Source: a virus. From it: a stretch of DNA of 13,110 nt. The notes under the pieces are model-generated. The model was not told the DNA's origin. It ran no database searches and worked only from the letters and a program-made list of their open reading frames with translations. Of this stretch, positions 1 to 6,587 are shown in pieces (position 1 is the stretch's first letter; the number at the start of each line of letters is the position of its first letter). The stretch is taken from UHGV virus genome UHGV-0162637; one strand, given 5' to 3'. A program made the translations under genes and the position numbers.

Positions 1-49
1 AGATAAAAGAAATCCCCGCGAGTGCGAGGATTGTTATGTAATATTTGGT

Positions 50-331
50 TTAATCATCTATATGTTTTGTACAGAGAGGGCAAGTATCGTTTCCACCGTA
101 CTCGTGATAATAATTTTGCACGGTATCAGTCATTTCTCGCACATTGCAGAATGGGGATTTGTCTTCATTAGACTTATAAACCTTCATGGAATATTTGTAT
201 GCCGACTCTATATCTATACCTTCATCTACATAAACACCTTCGTGATGTCTGCATGGAGACAAGACACCGGATCTGCACAACATTGATAACGCCCAATCTT
301 TTTGCTCAGACTCTAACTCATTGATACTCAT
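50..331 (-). CDS. Ea8.5-like small Cys-rich phage protein (93 aa), function unknown
   Basis: Intact 282-nt ORF with ATG at 331 preceded by AAGGAG at about 8 nt. Same length and relative position as lambda ea8.5 (recalled); several Cys residues including a CPLC motif suggest metal binding. No sequence identity was verified. Confidence 0.55.
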   Translation of the reverse strand: MSINELESEQKDWALSMLCRSGVLSPCRHHEGVYVDEGIDIESAYKYSMKVYKSNEDKSPFCNVREMTDTVQNYYHEYGGNDTCPLCTKHIDD

Positions 332-533
332 TTATAAACTCCTTGCAATGTATGTCGTTTCAGCTAAACGGTATCAGCAATGTTTATGTAAAGAAACAGT
401 AAGATAATACTCAACCCGATGTTTGAGTACGGTCATCATCTGACACTACAGACTCTGGCATCGCTGTGAAGACGACGCGAAATTCAGCATTTTCACAAGC
501 GTTATCTTTTACAAACCCGTATTCCTGCTCATA

Positions 534-1058
534 TTACTCTCCTTTGATGCGAATGCCTGTTGCAATGCTGTTTATGATGCTGTCAGTGCATGGGGTAGAA
601 AGCTGGGCATCTCCAGCAATTTTCATGACCTCAACATCTGCATATCGAATACCGAGGTGTATCAGACCGGCTATACCTGACTTAAGCCGAGCATTTTCCA
701 TAAACAGATCCTTTGCCCGCTGTTTTTCTGCCTCAAGCTCAACGCGCAACTTCCCTACCGTTAACGCAATTTCCTCGTTCTCCTGATCGCGGCGTTTTAT
801 GTATTGCTGGTTTCTTTCCCGTTCATCCAGCAGCGCCTGCACTACTTCAGGGTTGAAAGCTGCGATATAACGAGCGTTGTTCTCTGCGTTTTTCTGTTCG
901 TCGAATCCTGGCCAGTCGACAATATCTCCGTGATGATTATCACCTGGTGTGTGTACGGCGTACGTGCCGTATTTGCCCGGCGAAATAAATGCGACCCATT
1001 CACCCTGTGTTGCCTGTTTTGCTAACTCACGCAGTGCCTGATAGTCAATCTTGCTCAC
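534..1058 (-). CDS. Ead/Ea22-like family phage protein (174 aa)
   Basis: GTG start at 1058 preceded by AAGGAGG at 6 nt; GTGA overlap with the stop of the upstream gene (translational coupling). Contains an AAFNPEVVQALLDERE-type segment that I recall as typical of Ead/Ea22-like proteins. Confidence 0.65.
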   Translation of the reverse strand: MSKIDYQALRELAKQATQGEWVAFISPGKYGTYAVHTPGDNHHGDIVDWPGFDEQKNAENNARYIAAFNPEVVQALLDERERNQQYIKRRDQENEEIALTVGKLRVELEAEKQRAKDLFMENARLKSGIAGLIHLGIRYADVEVMKIAGDAQLSTPCTDSIINSIATGIRIKGE

Positions 1059-1606
1059 TGGTTGCCTCCTTTGCGAAGCTGGTCGGCGAACAAACGTACA
1101 CTAGACGCTTCACTGCGTAGAAACTTAACGGCATAATCAAAACCACCTCGTTCTGCGTCGTCTGCTCCGTTGTCGAGGTTATCTGCGTACATCTCTACCC
1201 CCTGCGCCCGTACTTCAGCCAGGAAAGCATCGGTGGCTGGGGTTTCGATATCGTTAATTTCAGGAAGAATCTCTTCCCATGTGGCGATATCGCCATTCAA
1301 ATGCCATCCGGCAATTCCACTGGAGTTATCCGCAACACTGCGAACGGCTTCAATAGTTTCGAGCATTACCGCATTCTCCGCCGCAAGCGCCGAAAACTTC
1401 TCGTGTGCCAACTTAACAGCTGCATCAGCCTGCTTAATTGACTCAATCGCTCTCTGCTGGTCTTCGGACAGAGCCGAAATCTTGGCCTCCGCTTCAGCAA
1501 ATTTACGCACCAGATATTCAGCGTTTGTTTCGTTAACCTTTAAATCACTTGGGATGCATTTATCTTTCAGAAAACCATCCATCTCAATTAGTGACATTTG
1601 TTTCAT
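1055..1606 (-). CDS. Ea22-like phage protein (183 aa), function unknown
   Basis: ATG at 1606 with GGAGTGGG upstream; ATGA overlap with the stop of the upstream ORF. Size (552 nt) and position match lambda ea22 (recalled). Acidic, predicted coiled-coil-rich. Confidence 0.6.
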   Translation of the reverse strand: MKQMSLIEMDGFLKDKCIPSDLKVNETNAEYLVRKFAEAEAKISALSEDQQRAIESIKQADAAVKLAHEKFSALAAENAVMLETIEAVRSVADNSSGIAGWHLNGDIATWEEILPEINDIETPATDAFLAEVRAQGVEMYADNLDNGADDAERGGFDYAVKFLRSEASSVRLFADQLRKGGNQ

Positions 1607-1767
1607 TTTTTCCCACTCCGCAACATCGCATTCAGATATTTGTTTTGATTTACTGACGGAAAAGAATTTCTCTTAAGCAATTCCTCTCTCGATGGCATTG
1701 GCTTTACGCGCTGGCGAATAATCATTTCTGCCGGAAGAATGCCGGGATTGTATGCAAGTCCTCTCAT
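1603..1767 (-). CDS. hypothetical small phage protein (54 aa)
   Basis: ATG at 1767 with GAGGAA 6 nt upstream, immediately after the TGA of the preceding gene; 3' end overlaps the Ea22-like start (ATGA). The longer 104-aa version in the ORF track overlaps the upstream gene in another frame and is unlikely. Confidence 0.4.
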   Translation of the reverse strand: MRGLAYNPGILPAEMIIRQRVKPMPSREELLKRNSFPSVNQNKYLNAMLRSGKK

Positions 1768-1777
1768 GGTAAATTCC

Positions 1778-2071
1778 TCAGTCATTACTGATAGCGCCAT
1801 AGCGTGAGCGGTAATTACGCAGGCGCGGGTCAATTTCAGGGAAGTGGGTATATGTGGCTTTGCGGAATGGTCGGATTGATGTCTGGTAAATTCGCTCGCG
1901 TTCTTCTTTCTCTGCAAGCCATATACAGTGGCGAAATTCCTTTTCCTTTTTCGTTTCCTGCGGTAGCGACATTATCCGATCGTAGTTTTTTCTGAATTTA
2001 TCCAGCACCTCCGATACGGAATTGCCGGAACAGCGGCGCGGGTCATCCGCACCATACAGAGGCGCTGGCAT
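1778..2071 (-). CDS. hypothetical phage protein (97 aa); lies where P22 carries abc1/abc2, possibly Abc2-like (speculative)
   Basis: ATG at 2071 with AAGGA about 8 nt upstream, 23 nt after the SSB-like stop; the track ORF begins at a TTG further upstream. Position just downstream of erf and the 97-aa size resemble P22 abc2 (recalled, not verified). Confidence 0.5.
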   Translation of the reverse strand: MPAPLYGADDPRRCSGNSVSEVLDKFRKNYDRIMSLPQETKKEKEFRHCIWLAEKEERERIYQTSIRPFRKATYTHFPEIDPRLRNYRSRYGAISND

Positions 2072-2094
2072 AATGGAATCCTTATTTTGCAAAT

Positions 2095-2478
2095 CTAGAA
2101 GGGAATTGAATCGTCGTATTCAGGATGATTTTGATGATTGCTACTTTGCTGCTGTTGGCTGTTTCCTGAAGTTGCAAATCCAATCTTTGCATTCAGTAAT
2201 TCAAGATTGATTGATTGACCATTTTGCCCCTGATAAACATCAACCCTGATGTTTTCTCCGGTAATTTCAACAATGCCACCTTCAACAAGAACACTACGGT
2301 AGTAATCCGCTTGCGCTCCCGGCTTGGCAAATACAACGGCGCTGTAGTTTGTCCATTCTTTCTTTTTTGTCTGGCGATCGTAATACTGAACGCCAGCACG
2401 GATGTTGAATCCGATATTTTCCCCGGCCTGAAACTCTCTTGCGGGCTTGTTTAGTCTTACAGTAATCGAATGTGCCAT
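2095..2478 (-). CDS. ssb: single-stranded DNA-binding protein (SSB-like, OB fold, 127 aa)
   Basis: ATG at 2478 overlaps the erf stop (TAATG) and has AAGGAG upstream. The protein shows the SSB core pattern (EWTNYSAVVFAKPGAQADYY...VLVEGGIVEI), a Gln/Ser-rich linker and the acidic C-terminal tail DDSIPF (compare E. coli SSB DDDIPF). The 157-aa track ORF carries a non-coding N-terminal extension. Confidence 0.75.
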   Translation of the reverse strand: MAHSITVRLNKPAREFQAGENIGFNIRAGVQYYDRQTKKKEWTNYSAVVFAKPGAQADYYRSVLVEGGIVEITGENIRVDVYQGQNGQSINLELLNAKIGFATSGNSQQQQSSNHQNHPEYDDSIPF

Positions 2479-3083
2479 TAAGCAGCCGCTCCTTCTAATT
2501 CGTCTCGTCTGATGTTGTAAACGTCCTGCGCTTTGTGCTGCTCCGGTGTGCCTTCGAGCATCTTCCACGCTTTGGCGAACGCCTGTTTAAGCTCTTCTAC
2601 GGTGTTTTTCTGCATTGCTGCGTCAGTGAATGCTTTTAGAACCTGTTCAGGTGTAGGTGATGGTTTTGATTGCTTTGCTGCTGCGTTCTGCTGATGTTTA
2701 TGCTCGTCTGTATCTGCATCTTTCGCATCATCAATGCCGAACAAACCATTGAGGCAATACTTGCGTGCATAAGAGCTTGTGGCTCCCGTAACTTGTGCAG
2801 AATCCATTCCTTTCTTGCTTTCTTCCTCTCGTGCAAGAGCGGTTGCTGTATGACTGTTTTCGCCATCAGTAATAGTTGCCGTGGCTTTCACGTAATACCG
2901 TTCACCAATCAACACAACTTCATCGCTGATTGATAAAAACAGGCCATTCAGTAACGGCTTAACACCCTCAAGAATGTCTTCGCAGCTTCTGTATTTATAT
3001 TTGCCGAATGAGTTGTATTGATTCTTTGGCGCGTTCAGATTCTCCTGAATAGCTGCCAGTCTTGCGTAAAATTCTTTGCTCAT
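2478..3083 (-). CDS. erf: Erf (essential recombination function) single-strand annealing protein, P22 Erf family
   Basis: Translation from ATG 3083 (MSKEFYARLAAIQENLNAPKNQYNSFGKYKYRSCEDILEGVKPLL...) closely matches my recollection of P22 Erf. The track ORF starts at an upstream TTG; I trimmed to the first ATG. Confidence 0.85.
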   Translation of the reverse strand: MSKEFYARLAAIQENLNAPKNQYNSFGKYKYRSCEDILEGVKPLLNGLFLSISDEVVLIGERYYVKATATITDGENSHTATALAREEESKKGMDSAQVTGATSSYARKYCLNGLFGIDDAKDADTDEHKHQQNAAAKQSKPSPTPEQVLKAFTDAAMQKNTVEELKQAFAKAWKMLEGTPEQHKAQDVYNIRRDELEGAAA

Positions 3084-3172
3084 ATGATTGTTCTCAGAAT
3101 GGACATGGCCCAAGGAAATAACGCTGATTTAATACTTCAGTCTTTGCCGCATTTAAAAATACGCGAACACCT

Positions 3173-3343
3173 TCACGATCTCCCTTCTGGCGATACATTA
3201 ACGCCTGCTGAGTGTACATGCGTCTCTGTAACTTGCTCTCCTTCACTGTGGTTGAAAGTGACATGAATATCTCCTTCGTTACCGATTAAATCTTTCATCT
3301 GACGAATGAATTCTTCGTCTGACCAGTTATCTGTAAAACTCAT
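3173..3343 (-). CDS. small phage protein (56 aa) at the Kil/Arf position between cIII and erf
   Basis: ATG at 3343 overlaps the stop of the CIII-like gene (ATGA), as lambda kil overlaps cIII. Identity as Kil or Arf is positional only. Confidence 0.45.
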   Translation of the reverse strand: MSFTDNWSDEEFIRQMKDLIGNEGDIHVTFNHSEGEQVTETHVHSAGVNVSPEGRS

Positions 3344-3510
3344 GGACGGCCTTGTTGTTTCAAAATATCCCAAAGCTTTTCGAGCAAACTTTTCATTCTT
3401 GGTTGTTTAAAGTCTGCTCCGGTTAGAATGTTTTTTCGTGAATGCTGTACCGATAAAATCGGGTTGAAAGGGCGAACCGATGCCGCCCCTGCAATAGCGA
3501 ACTGTTGCAT
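3340..3510 (-). CDS. cIII: CIII-like protein (inhibitor of FtsH-mediated CII degradation), 56 aa
   Basis: ATG at 3510 with GGAG 7 nt upstream. N-terminus MQQFAIAG and the segment SLLEKLWDILKQQGRP resemble lambda CIII (MQYAIAGW..., ...RLIDILNQPGVP, recalled). The track ORF extension upstream runs through a terminator hairpin and is not coding. Confidence 0.65.
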   Translation of the reverse strand: MQQFAIAGAASVRPFNPILSVQHSRKNILTGADFKQPRMKSLLEKLWDILKQQGRP

Positions 3511-3574
3511 AGGATGCTCCTTCTGTTTGATTGCATAACGAAAACGCCTCGAGTGAAGCGTTATTGGTATGCAT

Positions 3575-3600
3575 ATAAAAAGACCCTCACATTGGAGGGC
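3575..3600 (-). terminator. putative intrinsic terminator downstream of the membrane-protein gene
   Basis: On the minus strand: 5-bp GC-rich stem (CCCTC/GAGGG, plus one wobble pair), 6-nt loop, followed by CTTTTTATAT. Lies between the membrane-protein gene and the CIII-like start. Confidence 0.45.
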
Positions 3601-3749
3601 AAAGAAGATTTCCAATAATCAGAACAAGTCGGCTCCTGTTTAGTTACGAGCGACATTGCTCCGTGTATTCACTCGTTGGAATGAATACACAGTGCAGTGT
3701 TTATTCTGTTGTTTATGCCAAAAATAAAGGACGATTATGCGGCCTGAAA

Positions 3750-4199
3750 TTACTTAACCAATGATGCTGCATATTCGATAAGGTAAAGTTTTGGGGCCAG
3801 CCAAATTTTTAACCAAGTCATATTGGTTACTACACCAATAATAAAAATCCCCCACAGAGTCAAAACTCCAACCAATGGCATGATAAGAAGATTAATATCA
3901 CCTTTGCTATCCCAAACCATTGTCGGCCTGTATTTGGGATTTCCTTTCTCCCATGAATATCCTTCATCACCGATTTTACCTGTCTCAACTCTTTGGCACT
4001 GCTTCTTCATAAACCAGAAAACCAGTGGGATTGTTAGAATGGCTATTAATGTTTTAATCAGACTGTCAACCATATTCCATAGCAGCAACTGATGAACAAC
4101 ATCAGGAATCTGTGCTTGGCTAAATGAAACAGCCGCGTCTATTCCATTACTGGCTTTTTGCAGTAGTTCTACGAGAATCTTGTTTGCTTGTTCTTCCAT
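3750..4199 (-). CDS. predicted two-TM inner-membrane protein (149 aa), unknown function; candidate moron
   Basis: Intact ORF with two hydrophobic segments (about residues 47-63 and 108-128) and a charged loop between them. Sits in the slot lambda uses for ea10 between ral and cIII, with no obvious SD. Flanked by an identical 14-mer (3717-3730 and 4238-4251) and followed by a terminator. Confidence 0.7.
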   Translation of the reverse strand: MEEQANKILVELLQKASNGIDAAVSFSQAQIPDVVHQLLLWNMVDSLIKTLIAILTIPLVFWFMKKQCQRVETGKIGDEGYSWEKGNPKYRPTMVWDSKGDINLLIMPLVGVLTLWGIFIIGVVTNMTWLKIWLAPKLYLIEYAASLVK

Positions 4200-4257
4200 A
4201 TATCACATTGATTGTAATAAGCATGAAATTATTTACGGCCAAAAATAAAGGCCACCA

Positions 4258-4458
4258 TCAGGCAGCCTTGTTGTTCTGTTTACCAAATTCTCTGGCAATC
4301 ATTGCCGTCGTTCGTATTGCCCATTTATCGACATATTTCCCATCCTCCATTACAGGAAACATTTCTTCAGGCTTAACCATGCATTCCGATTGCAGCTTGC
4401 ATTCATTGCATCGCTTGAATTGTCCACACCATTGATTCTTATCAATAGTCGTAGTCAT
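4258..4458 (-). CDS. ral: Ral restriction-alleviation protein (66 aa)
   Basis: 66-aa product MTTTIDKNQWCGQFKRCNECKLQSEC... matches my recollection of lambda Ral in length and sequence; position between the N-like gene/sieB and cIII is the same as in lambda. Confidence 0.7.
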   Translation of the reverse strand: MTTTIDKNQWCGQFKRCNECKLQSECMVKPEEMFPVMEDGKYVDKWAIRTTAMIAREFGKQNNKAA

Positions 4459-4528
4459 ACGGATAGTCCTGGTATTGTTCCATCACATCCTGAGGATGCT
4501 CTTCGAACTCTTCAAATTCTTCTTCCAT
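4442..4528 (-). CDS. orf28-like acidic peptide (28 aa: MEEEFEEFEEHPQDVMEQYQDYPYDYDY)
   Basis: 87-nt ORF whose 3' end overlaps the ral start by 17 nt, the same arrangement I recall for the 87-nt ORF upstream of ral in lambda. Below the size cut-off of the ORF track; translation done by hand. Confidence 0.35.
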   Translation of the reverse strand: MEEEFEEFEEHPQDVMEQYQDYPYDYDY

Positions 4529-4671
4529 ATATCACCTTAAATAGTGGATTGCGGTAGTAAAGATTGTGCCTGTCTTTTAACCACATCAGGCTCGGTGGTT
4601 CTCGTGTACCCCTACAGCGAGAAATCGGATAAACTCTATTCACCCCTACAGAGAGCAAAAGAGAAACGCAG

Positions 4672-5253
4672 ATGAACAACTCATGGTGGCAGGAACTAAT
4701 GCATTTTTTCCTGCAAGGAATGACACTTAAACAGTTGATTCATATGCTAATCATCCTGATCATATTGATTATTGTTATGCCGGTAAGCGTAAAAGAATGG
4801 ATAAACCTGCATAATCCAGAAATCCTTCCTCATTATTGGATGTATTACATCCTGTTGTTCTGCGTTAGCTATGTGCTTAACGGTGTTGTTAATTCCGCTT
4901 ATCACGCTGTGACTGAAAGAATTGAGGTATCCGCTGCTCAGAAGCGCAAATCTAAAGAAGAAAAATATGTGCAAGATTTGTTTGATTCGTTAACTCTTGG
5001 AGAAAGAGCGTATTTGGCATTCGCTGTAGCCGCGAATAACCAGCTAAAGACAGAAAAGGGAAGCCATGAAGCAATCTCATTGCTCGAAAAAGGGCTTCTT
5101 ATTCGGATACCTTCTGCTACTGGATATCCTGAAATCGACCGTTTTGTTATCCCTGAACGCTATAGAAATGAGTGCTACATTAGGTTTGCTGGGAAGAAAG
5201 ACAGCCTTATGGATGAACTTATCGCTCAGGATAAGCATGGCAAAAACAAGTAA
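4672..5253 (+). CDS. sieB: SieB-like superinfection exclusion protein B (193 aa), membrane anchored
   Basis: Only plus-strand gene inside the leftward operon, between ral/orf28 and the N-like gene as sieB is in lambda and P22 (recalled). N-terminal hydrophobic segments then a charged C-terminal domain. AT-rich. Family assignment is from position, size and topology, not alignment. Confidence 0.65.
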   Translation: MNNSWWQELMHFFLQGMTLKQLIHMLIILIILIIVMPVSVKEWINLHNPEILPHYWMYYILLFCVSYVLNGVVNSAYHAVTERIEVSAAQKRKSKEEKYVQDLFDSLTLGERAYLAFAVAANNQLKTEKGSHEAISLLEKGLLIRIPSATGYPEIDRFVIPERYRNECYIRFAGKKDSLMDELIAQDKHGKNK

Positions 5254-5269
5254 TTAGCAAATGAATTTA

Positions 5270-5542
5270 TCATCTCGCCGTCAGTTGTTTTGATTTCCGG
5301 TAGCCTGCCGAGTAAATGGCTACGTTTGGCAGGCAAATACTTCCACTGCATTCTTCTGCCTTCTTGCAGCGAAGGCTTCCGAGTGATGCTGCTTTGTCTG
5401 CTCTGACGCAACCAGAGAGCTTTAACGCAATTTTTCGCGCCAGTGCTTCATTACTGCGTCGCTCGGCAATAAGTTCTGCTCTGCGAGCTTTGTAGCGGCT
5501 TTTTGCCGTACCTTTGGATTCTTTCCAGACAATGGTTACCAT
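5270..5542 (-). CDS. N: N-like transcription antitermination protein (P22 gp24 family), 90 aa
   Basis: ATG at 5542 with AAGGAG 7 nt upstream. Arginine-rich N-terminal motif (GTAKSRYKARRAELIAERR) and C-terminus ...YSAGYRKSKQLTAR resemble P22 gp24 (recalled). First gene downstream of the PL/nutL region. Confidence 0.75.
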   Translation of the reverse strand: MVTIVWKESKGTAKSRYKARRAELIAERRSNEALARKIALKLSGCVRADKAASLGSLRCKKAEECSGSICLPNVAIYSAGYRKSKQLTAR

Positions 5543-5652
5543 GATGGTCTCCTTTAAGTGGCTTTGGCGCATGACGCGTCGAGGTGCTTATCTTCTCGAT
5601 CGCTGTCTTGCAGCTGCAATTCGCGCCATCCCCAAAACCACTCAAGTTCTGG

Positions 5653-5693
5653 TCTCAACGGTTAGGTTGAGAGTTCGTAGATGTTAAAGAGCC
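5653..5693 (-). promoter_or_regulatory. putative nutL (boxA plus boxB hairpin)
   Basis: Minus strand reads GCTCTTTAACA (boxA, matching the rrn/lambdoid boxA consensus) followed 10 nt later by a 7-bp stem (TCTCAAC/GTTGAGA) with loop CTAACC. Located in the leader between PL and the N-like gene. Confidence 0.5.
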
Positions 5694-5729
5694 TGCCAAT
5701 CTGTTCCGTTTGGCTTCCAGTCTCCTGCT

Positions 5730-5810
5730 GATGGCTTAAATTTAAGACTTCTTAATTTGTTGGTCAAGTGTATTTTTGAAGAAAACTTAATTTTATGGGC
5801 GTGAATTTAG
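5730..5810 (-). promoter_or_regulatory. OL/PL region: leftward early promoter with P22-type operator
   Basis: Minus strand has -35 TTGACC (plus 5762-5767), a 17-nt spacer and -10 TAAATT (plus 5739-5744). The palindromic operator AATTTAAGACTTCTTAATTT (5738-5757) carries the TTAAG/CTTAA half-sites of P22 C2 operators and overlaps the promoter. Confidence 0.5.
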
Positions 5811-5832
5811 TTTGTCTTTGATTTTTAACGGG

Positions 5833-5857
5833 AAATAAAAAAGGGGCGAAAGCCCCT
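5833..5857 (-). terminator. intrinsic terminator immediately after the repressor gene
   Basis: Minus strand: TAA stop, then GGGGC-TTTC-GCCCC hairpin followed by TTTTTTATTT. Classic rho-independent terminator. Confidence 0.75.
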
Positions 5858-6507
5858 TAAGGAAGGTTTGCTAGCTTGGCATCAACGACAACGCCAATGA
5901 TTTTACAGTTCCCATTGATTTCAATCATTGGGTATTGTGGATTGAGTGGTTTCAGGAATTTTCTACCGGCATCAATAACTAACTTTTTGAATGTCGCCTC
6001 GTTTTCTCCTTCAAGTTTGGCGACTACCAGCTTTCCATTACGTGGTTCGACTTCTGGGTCGACGAGAATAATCATCCCCTCAGGAATACTCAGTCCTGCC
6101 GGGGCAGTCATTGAATCGCCTTTAACGTCGAGCCAAAAAGAGTCTTCAGAACAATCTACCGTTGTGTCGTACCAGTTATCTATTGCACGCCTATGATATG
6201 GCTCTACAGCTTCCATCCAACATCCTGCGCTTACCCAACTAATTAGAGGATACGAACCTCTTGGATCATGCCTGCTGTGATAGGCAATGTTTGAAAGACT
6301 ATCCTCTCCTTTCAACAGGTAATCAGGGGAGCACTGCAAAGCCTTGGCTAAGGCCAATAGGTTTTCGCCATTGGGCTCAGTTTCAGATCGCTCCCATTGG
6401 GAAATAGCAACATTAGACACGCCAACCATCTTTCCAAGGGCAGCCTGCCTAATCTTGAGTTCTTTTCTGCGAGCGCGAATACGCTCACCCATCAGTTGTG
6501 TATTCAT
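5857..6507 (-). CDS. c2: C2/CI-type prophage repressor (HTH plus S24 LexA-like autopeptidase domain), P22 C2 family
   Basis: 216-aa product MNTQLMGERIRARRKELKIRQAALGKMVGVSNVAISQWERSE...GVVVDAKLANLP matches my recollection of P22 C2 nearly throughout. Divergent from cro across an operator region. Confidence 0.9.
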   Translation of the reverse strand: MNTQLMGERIRARRKELKIRQAALGKMVGVSNVAISQWERSETEPNGENLLALAKALQCSPDYLLKGEDSLSNIAYHSRHDPRGSYPLISWVSAGCWMEAVEPYHRRAIDNWYDTTVDCSEDSFWLDVKGDSMTAPAGLSIPEGMIILVDPEVEPRNGKLVVAKLEGENEATFKKLVIDAGRKFLKPLNPQYPMIEINGNCKIIGVVVDAKLANLP

Positions 6508-6587
6508 AGTTAAGACATCTTAAATAAACTTGACTTAAGATTCCTTTGGTGGATAATTTAAGTGTTCTTTAATTTCGGAGCGAGTCT
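6508..6587. promoter_or_regulatory. OR operator region with PR (and divergent PRM)
   Basis: Three 18-bp P22-type operators: AGTTAAGACATCTTAAAT (6508-6525), a TTAAG-containing site around 6528-6549, and ATTTAAGTGTTCTTTAAT (6556-6573, as I recall for P22 OR1). PR: -35 TTGACT (6530-6535), -10 GATAAT (6552-6557), GGAG SD before cro. Confidence 0.8.

Noticed and set aside
408-430. Hairpin TACTCAA...TTGAGTA in the gap between the Ea22-like and Ea8.5-like genes
   Set aside because: A 7-bp stem with an 8-nt loop and only a moderately T-rich tail on the minus strand; could be a weak terminator or processing site, but the evidence is too thin to annotate.
62-1676. Plus-strand ORFs 62-286, 466-786, 804-1025 and 1170-1676
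   Set aside because: Each lies antisense within a well-supported, translationally coupled minus-strand gene, with no RBS and low-complexity products; shadow ORFs.
1603-1917. 104-aa version of the minus-strand ORF starting at 1917
   Set aside because: Its 5' half overlaps the 97-aa gene in another frame; an internal ATG at 1767 with a GAGGAA SD just after that gene's stop gives a coherent coupled 54-aa gene instead.
1804-2454. ORFs 1804-1995 (+), 2022-2210 (+), 2193-2399 (-) and 2215-2454 (+)
   Set aside because: Antisense or out-of-frame within the 97-aa and SSB-like genes; no start context.
2095-2568. 157-aa N-terminally extended version of the SSB-like ORF
   Set aside because: The extension overlaps the erf coding region and has no RBS; the ATG at 2478 has AAGGAG and a TAATG coupling with erf.
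2636-3266. ORFs 2636-2866 (-), 2670-2933 (+) and 3018-3266 (+)
   Set aside because: Lie inside or antisense to erf and the Kil/Arf-position gene; shadow ORFs.
3340-3615. 91-aa extended version of the CIII-like ORF
   Set aside because: The N-terminal extension runs through the terminator hairpin and is hydrophobic nonsense; the internal ATG at 3510 with a GGAG SD gives the CIII-like 56-aa protein.
3823-4435. Plus-strand ORFs 3823-4092 and 4124-4435
   Set aside because: Antisense to the membrane-protein gene and ral.
4747-5645. ORFs 4747-4974 (-), 5066-5257 (+), 5226-5411 (-) and 5451-5645 (-), and the 100-aa extended N-like ORF
   Set aside because: Overlap sieB or the N-like gene in other frames or strands; 5451-5645 runs into the nutL leader; the N-like gene is better started at 5542 with its SD.
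5876-6196. Plus-strand ORF antisense to the repressor gene
   Set aside because: Entirely within the strongly supported C2 repressor gene on the other strand.
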